From Octopus sinensis (lineage: Eukaryota): 45,666 nt of DNA. The stretch is taken from contig NW_021834810.1 of NCBI RefSeq assembly GCF_006345805.1, positions 1 to 45,666 on the forward strand, given 5' to 3'. The notes under the pieces are model-generated. The model did not search any database and was not told the origin of the DNA. It was given only the letters and a program-made list of their open reading frames with translations. Shown here piece by piece: positions 39,031-45,666 of this stretch (the first letter of the stretch is position 1; each line of letters starts with the position of its first letter). Position numbers and translations under genes: made by a program.

Positions 39031-40052
39031 AATATGATCAGATTCCATTTTAGCTGTTTGCTCATTATTTCTCCAGCTGAAAAAAAAGAAATAACAGGGC
39101 AACTCAGGAAATATATTTCATGGATTTCGGGTAACAATAAATCTGTTACTCAAATCATCTTGGAGATAATCGTTCTGAGGTTATTTGTGAGATATTTTTT
39201 GATCGATCAGGTGTAAAGTGAGAGAGATTATTTCTCAAAACCTGGGGGTGGGTATTTAAAATCCTCAGTTTGCAGTTGAACAAAAATTTGAACAAGTTGT
39301 GTGATGAAGGCCCTGCTGCGTTGGATTTCATGAACCCGAAGTCCTATTTTTAACAAAGTGTAACGGAGTGTCATAGACGGTAACAAACATTTTCAGATGG
39401 TTACTTTCCGATAATCATCGTCCATGCGCATGCGTGTCTTTGTGTATGTGTTTTTGACCCGCTCCGCTTGACAACCAGTGTTGGTTGGCTCACGTCCCCG
39501 TAACTTAGCAGTTCGGTGAAAGAGTACGGCAGAATAAGCTCCAGACTTGAAAAGAAACAAAACTCAGAATAAGTACTGGGGTCGATTTGTTCGACTAAAT
39601 ACTTGAGGGGTGCCCCAACATGGCCGCAGTCCAATGACTGAAACAAATATGTCACGGCATAGCTTGCAATTTCATACTTGCAACAGTGGACAGAATGGTT
39701 ACGAGGAATAATTCCATAGTCAGCTTTCCTATTATTTTGGATTGTCCTAAGATATATTTCAATGACTGGTTCCCATAATTTTTTTCCTGTTTTTTTTTTT
39801 TTCACTTACGGCGCTGAGTTCTTAATTAGGAGTTCGTGTTCTTTCTTGCTAATCAATGACTTTAATATTTCAGCAATTAACTATTGTTCAGTCTTTAATC
39901 TCTTGCCTTTCAGCCGTTTGAATTATAGATGAGGCTTCTTTGCATGTTCAGGATATGAAATGAACTGAAATGAACTGCTAATTTTCCTGGTCTCAGAGAA
40001 TCACTTCAAAAGAAAATGCCGCACCAAAAAATAGCATCATTTACAAGGAACC

Positions 40053-40330
40053 ATAATCATCCAAGAAATACGGACTATTCCATAGTATCTGTGGGCATCG
40101 GGTAGATCATTTTCATGGATTCATTTCTTCAGACGATGTAACATCCATTACATCCATTAATCTTATATCGCCTGAAGAAATGAATCCATGAAAAAGATCT
40201 ACCCGACGCCCACAGATACTACGGACTACACTGTAATTATTCAAGAAATACGGACTATGATTGTAAGAGATATGCGATTTGTGGAAACGCGCGTAGTGAT
40301 GCATTAAACGTTCATAAATTTTTATCTATC
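40053..40330. mobile_element. Palindromic hammerhead element, copy 1 (short left arm)
   Basis: Homologous to 43071-43430. TATCGC-CTGAAGA (40166-40178) ... GAAA-CGCGCG-TA-GTGATG (40284-40301). Confidence 0.75.
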
Positions 40331-40872
40331 AATCTATATACAATTTTAAATATAATCATATATAATCAATCTATATATAATTTTAAATATTCAATCGAAT
40401 TTTTGTGAACTTTTTTTTAGCATTTGAATACGTATGCTGCGTTCTAAGATTTAGGGAAAAGAATCAGGATATGAACGTTATAAATGTTTATCGATTTTCA
40501 TTAAATGCTTTTTTTATCGTCTCAACTAGACTACAGCTGTCAACAGCCGTAAAACTTCCTTGTAAAACATTGCTTAGATCTGAAATTTGGTTTCCAAACA
40601 TATTGACCCGTAACATATTTCAGTGTCATAATTTCGCCCCCTCAGCCATCAGTAAAATCGTGCTTTATGTCCTCACAGATACGTCCAAACTGACATCGTT
40701 GGCGATGTGTAACAGAGATTACAAACTGAACAATAGCCACTTGACTCTTATAACATTAAAGGATTTTCAGGCCTCGACAATTGTTCCAAACAGGATTAAA
40801 TTTGGAGGAGTAGTTTTTTTCTGCGAGATATTAGCTTGTGATCATCCTTAGAGTTAGATTAAGAGAATTCCA

Positions 40873-40919
<47 letters not shown>

Positions 40920-41327
40920 CATATACACACACACCACCTTCAGATGACCTTTCATATGGACGCATGCTGCATAAAAGCAATCGCGTGGTTTCAACGTATC
41001 CCGTTTCTTCAGTGACAGACGTGCGCTAACTGCATACCAGTCGAATCTCACTGCCAACCATGTATAGAATTCCAGTGACTTTTCAGGCACTGATAGCGCG
41101 ATTAGTCAGTAGACTTATTACAAATCAATTATTAGTGACAGAAACAGTATCAATACCAAAAAAAGCAATCTTTATATCCAACTTAACGTGAATGTTTTGT
41201 TAGATAAGGCAGAATTTACCTTGAGAAGACTTTTCATATAAATGCATGGTGCATAAAAGCACACATATTATATCGCTAGCAGAAGAGAATCGTCTAGAAT
41301 ATATAATATATACATATATATATATAT

Positions 41328-41373
<46 letters not shown>

Positions 41374-41427
41374 TATTGGTGAATTGAAGAAATGGAGCTG
41401 AACGCAGATTGAACAGAAATCGTTTTA

Positions 41428-41517
41428 TTTCATTCTACACGTGTTTCGAAAGGCACAAATTACCAAAATCCGATTGAATAATGGGACCATATTGTGTCTT
41501 TCTCTTCAGGAAGAAAA
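41428..41517 (-). ncRNA. Type-I hammerhead, left-arm copy
   Basis: Reverse complement of 42446-42535. Confidence 0.75.
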
Positions 41518-42445
41518 AAGGAAATCCGTTAGAGAAACAAAAACAGAACAGAGGCGGAGCAAAAACCAAATCGAACTATGCTCCTAAGAGCCCATGGCGA
41601 AACTGTTTATCAGTGTATGCTGAGAACCGGTGGCTGAAGAATTCTACAGGTCAGGCATCGGTCAATCGTGTGGGTGAGGGTGTATAGATGTTATTAGTGA
41701 CCGAGAATAAAGTTCTGACTATTTAAGGAATATTGGATGTTTTATAAGGGGCGAGAAAAAATCTACTTAGAGACGTGGTGTGTGTATACTGTTCTATATA
41801 TGTGTGTGTGGCGTAGGGGTAGAAAACACTTTTGTGTACGTGTGTGCGTTTGATCGTTCGGCTGTCAGTGGCTACTGCCGTGATAACCGTTGGGTGCAGA
41901 AAGAAAAAAAATATATATATATATATTATGTTTTATGTGTGTGTGTGTTCATCTGAGCCTGCCTTGTCAAGGAAACCCCCCGCTTTCCTTGACAAGGCAG
42001 CTCAGATGAACACACACACACATAAAACATAATATATATATATATATTTTTTTTTTTTTCTTTCTGCCACCAACGGTTATCACGGCAGTAGCCACTGACA
42101 GCCGAACGATCAAACGCACACACGTACACAAAAAGTGTTTTCTACCCCTACGCCAACACACACATATATAGAACAGTATACACACACACACGTCTCTAAG
42201 TAGATTTTTTCTCGCCCCTTATAAAACATCCAATATCCTTAAATAGTCAAACTTTATTCTCGGTCACTAATAACATCTATACACCCTCACCCACACGATT
42301 GACCGATGCCTGACCTGTAGAATTCTTCAGCCACCGGTTCTCAGCATACACTGATAAACAGTTTCGCCATGGGCTCTTAGGAGCATAGTTCGATTTGGTT
42401 TTTGCTCCGCCTCTGTTCTTGTTTGTTTCTCTAACGGATTTCCTT

Positions 42446-42535
42446 TTTTCTTCCTGAAGAGAAAGACACAATATGGTCCCATTATTCAATCGGATTTTGG
42501 TAATTTGTGCCTTTCGAAACACGTGTAGAATGAAA
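42446..42535 (+). ncRNA. Type-I hammerhead with long stem II, right-arm copy
   Basis: TTTCTTC-CTGAAGA-GAAAGACACAA...TTGTGCCTTTC-GAAA-CACGTG-TA-GAATGAAA. Confidence 0.78.
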
Positions 42536-42745
42536 TAAAACGATTTCTGTTCAATCTGCGTTCAGCTCCATTTCTTCAATTCACCAATAATGTTTTAATT
42601 TCAATTATCCGCACCAACGCACGGTTGCAACGACGCCAGATGGTTGTACCTCCAACCGTGCTGTTTACTGCTGTGATTTTTGCTACTAAGGTATCGGTTA
42701 ACTTTTGATTAATCTACAACAAGATTATTCATCTTTCTATTTCAC

Positions 42746-42806
<61 letters not shown>

Positions 42807-42996
42807 GAGCGGTACCCGCGTGAGCGGAAAAGACCACCCGGAAGACCTCCACGACGGTGGAGTGACGATTTCAAGAGAACGATTGGGATCACGTGGATGA
42901 GAAAGGCGCGATCCAGAGAGGAGTGGACAGCGTGCTGTGACCAGCGGTGTCAAATGGACACCTGACGGACTGGTCGGTCAAAGGGATCAAAGTGAT
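42807..42996 (+). mobile_element. RTE-clade LINE extreme 3' end in (TA)n
   Basis: 42807-42965 translates ERYPRERKRPPGRPPRRWSDDFKRTIGITWMRKARSREEWTACCDQRCQMDT*, the RTE C-terminal R..GRP..RW.D...W...A..R..W motif. Short repeated tail CAAAG(G/T)GAT. Confidence 0.82.
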
Positions 42997-43022
42997 ATAT
43001 ATATATATATGCATTTATAGAC

Positions 43023-43070
<48 letters not shown>

Positions 43071-43084
<14 letters not shown>

Positions 43085-43430
43085 AAATTTATGAACATTT
43101 AATGCATCGCTACGCGCGTTTCCACAAATGGCATATCTCTTACAATCATAGTCCGTATTTCTTGAATGATTACAGTGTAGTCCGTTGTATCTGTGGGCAT
43201 CGGGTAGATCATTTTCATGGATTCATTTCTTCAGGATTTAACATCCATTACATCCATTAATCTTATATCGCCTGAAGAAATGAATCCTGAAAATGATCTA
43301 CCCGATGCCCACAGATACTACGGACTATACTGTAATCATCCAAGAATACGGACTATGATTGTAAGAGATATGCCATTTGTGGAAACGCGCGTAGTGATGC
43401 CTTAAATGTTCATAATTTTTATCTATCTAT
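43071..43430. mobile_element. Palindromic hammerhead element, copy 2 (~160-bp arms, 35-nt spacer)
   Basis: 43071-43235 is the reverse complement of 43271-43430. TATCGC-CTGAAGA-[103 nt]-GAAA-CGCGCG-TA-GTGATG at 43266-43399. Confidence 0.8.
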
Positions 43431-43433
43431 CAA

Positions 43434-43502
<69 letters not shown>

Positions 43503-44489
43503 AGACGATTCTCTTCTGCCAGCAATATAAATATGTGTCGCGGGTTTACTCCTTTACAGCTGTGAAAACTGAAGCTACATGAAATGAAGTGTTTTGCTCA
43601 AGAACCAACCCACCACCCAGTCCGAGAATCGAAACCAGGATTTTGGGATCGTTAATACAACGCCTTAACCATTAGACCACGCACCTTCACATTTCCAGTA
43701 TATAAGAGAATATTAAAGTTTCGTGAATATTCTATACCCAGTGTTGTTCCATGTATTATTTTAACGACGCGGTGCCCAGAAATTTTTATTGTCATGAAAT
43801 AAATAAAGAAATAATTCACCAATGTGACTTAACCAAGTGGAACCACACAACAAAGTGGAATCGTTTATTGGCGCTGGGTCAAAAAGAAATGAGATGGACA
43901 GAAATAGAGCTGAGCCGAATACTTAACAGCTTTAAAGGTCTTCGAAAAATATTATGGAATTGACTTACGAAATCTGGCGGAAAACCAATCTTGAGATTTG
44001 TCCAGAAACGTATGGCATAAAATAATCAAACGAAGAGGCATTTAAAATTAAACAACTGAATAACTTAAGCTGAAACAGAAAAATATACAGAGTGAGTTTG
44101 ATGCAGCTCAAACCATGCTAAAACAAGACGAAATACAATCATATTGTTATATATCTAGAGATCGTTTTCTGAAGGAAGTACCTTAACTCTTTTACCTGTC
44201 ATGAGAACCTCTGAGATACGCAGGACGTATTTCTCTTGCATCCATACATCATGTATTGAAACACATTGCTAATTCATTTCAACCACCAGAATAACTTTGA
44301 AGTTATGAAAGGAAAGCTTTATATTACTCCAAAAGTATAAAACAAGGGCAAGTCCTTCTTAGAAAGTCGGCCTTCAGGAATTCCCTCTCTGCGCGTGTAT
44401 TTCTTGCAGTCATCGACTTGCAATAGTTTAATCAAAAAGGGACGTTTGGGTAGGCGATGGGCACTGCCCATTCCTCTAGGCATAATAGT

Positions 44490-44922
44490 TCTTTCTAATA
44501 TAGAAAAAAAGGGGCTGAAGTTTGGTGGGGGAGGCAGACTAGTCGATTACATCGACCCCAATGCTCAGTCAGTACTTATTTTATCGACCCCGAAAGGATG
44601 AAATGCGAAGTCGACTCTTAATGGCATTTGAACTAAGAACGGAAGGGGCCAAAAGCAATCCCACTAAGCCTTTTGTCCGGCGGGGGAACGATTCTGCCAA
44701 CCTCGAAGACTTGATAATCCTTTCTACTTTAGGCACAAGGCCTGAGGGAGGAGGAAGATACGATTACATCGACCCCAGTATTTAACTGGTATTTATATTA
44801 TCGACCGAAAGGATGAAAGGCAAAGTCGACATCGAAAGATTTTGAACAGAGATCGTGAAGACGGACGAAATGCCGCTTAGCATTTTCTCCGGCAAGCTAA
44901 CGATTCTGCCAGCTTGCTGCCT
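44490..44922 (-). mobile_element. Two diverged SINE family C copies in tandem
   Basis: Reverse-complement cores at ~44550-44630 and ~44765-44850. Confidence 0.75.
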
Positions 44923-45002
44923 TAAAGACTTAATAAGAAAGAATAGAAACGGTTCTTTCAGTACAATTCAATTCACGAGATAAGCTCAGTCACATATATA
45001 AT

Positions 45003-45313
45003 GGATGGAAGCACTCCGTGGGTTACGACGATGAGGGTTCCGGTTGATCCGAATCAACGGAACAGCCTGCTCGTGAAATTAACGTGTAAGTGGCTGAGCA
45101 CTCCACAGACACGTGTACCCTTAACGTAGTTCTCGGGGATATTCGCGTGACACAGAGAGCGACAAGGCCGGCCCCTTGAATACAGTACAACAGAAACAGG
45201 AAGTAAGAGAGAGAAAGTTGTGGTGAAAGAGTACAGCAGGGATCACCACCATCCCCTGCCGGAGCCTCGTGGAGCTTTTAGGTGTTTTCGCTCAATAAAC
45301 ACTCACAACGCCC
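45003..45313 (-). mobile_element. SINE family B, tail type 2, 5'-truncated
   Basis: Reverse complement of ~22240-22550. Confidence 0.88.
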
Positions 45314-45666
45314 ACATATATAATATGGAGTAAAATAACAACAGCAACAACTGTAATGGTTTTCTCGAATTCACTGAAATAAAAGGACTCCCCTGACCCA
45401 CGGTGGGACTCCAATTTGGTAAGTAAAACGACAGAACCCAGACATTGTTATACATTTAGCCTGATATTCTGTTATGTCACCATCGTTTCTTTTGGACACA
45501 TATTGGTGTTTTATCCAAACACGAACCAACGATTTGGGATTGAGAGGGACAAGAATGCGTGACGTTCATGCCTTTCTTAATATTCATCTACAAATACTGC
45601 CACTTCCTTATAAACATATGCTCTCTCTCTCTCTTTCTCTTTCTTTTTTTTTCTTTCTCTCACATA

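Larger units (their letters stand above)
41370..42750. mobile_element. 1.22-kb near-perfect palindrome (41370-42593, 8-nt loop at 41976-41983) plus a ~155-nt tail, in (TA)n; Penelope-like inverted pLTR structure
   Basis: ~605-bp arms are reverse complements with few indels; mirror ORFs at 41481+ and 42522-. Confidence 0.92.

Noticed and set aside
40975-41017. Minus-strand CTGAAGA-AACG-ggata-CGTT-GAAA
   Set aside because: Good core and stem II, but stems I and III do not pair. Possibly a decayed hammerhead; not counted.
43271-43306. Compact hammerhead using the first GAAA after CTGAAGA
   Set aside because: Stems I and III fit poorly; the distal GAAA-CGCGCG-TA-GTGATG gives a much better fold.

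Overview
AT-rich animal intergenic or intronic DNA full of microsatellites. The SINE repertoire suggests an octopus or other cephalopod (inference). I recognise no host protein-coding exon, and almost all ORFs in the track are translations of simple repeats. The window holds three abundant tRNA-headed SINE families, two 3' fragments of R4/Dong-type restriction-like-endonuclease retrotransposons in (TAA)n/(CAA)n tracts, an RTE LINE 3' end, a decayed mariner transposase and a ~634-bp tandem duplication. The main signal is about 14 type-I hammerhead ribozyme motifs (intact or degenerate) from about 9 apparently unrelated sequence families. Most have the short palindromic stem III typical of Penelope-like-element hammerheads. 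They occur in three settings: (i) long fold-back palindromes, often flanked by (TA)n, that put ribozyme motifs on both strands; (ii) a ~340-350-nt terminally redundant, covarying, retrozyme-like element present in two diverged copies; (iii) inside a tRNA-headed SINE. Unusual variants include a G3-C8 core swap and stem-II insertions of 55-105 nt. All folds were read by eye and none is tested.
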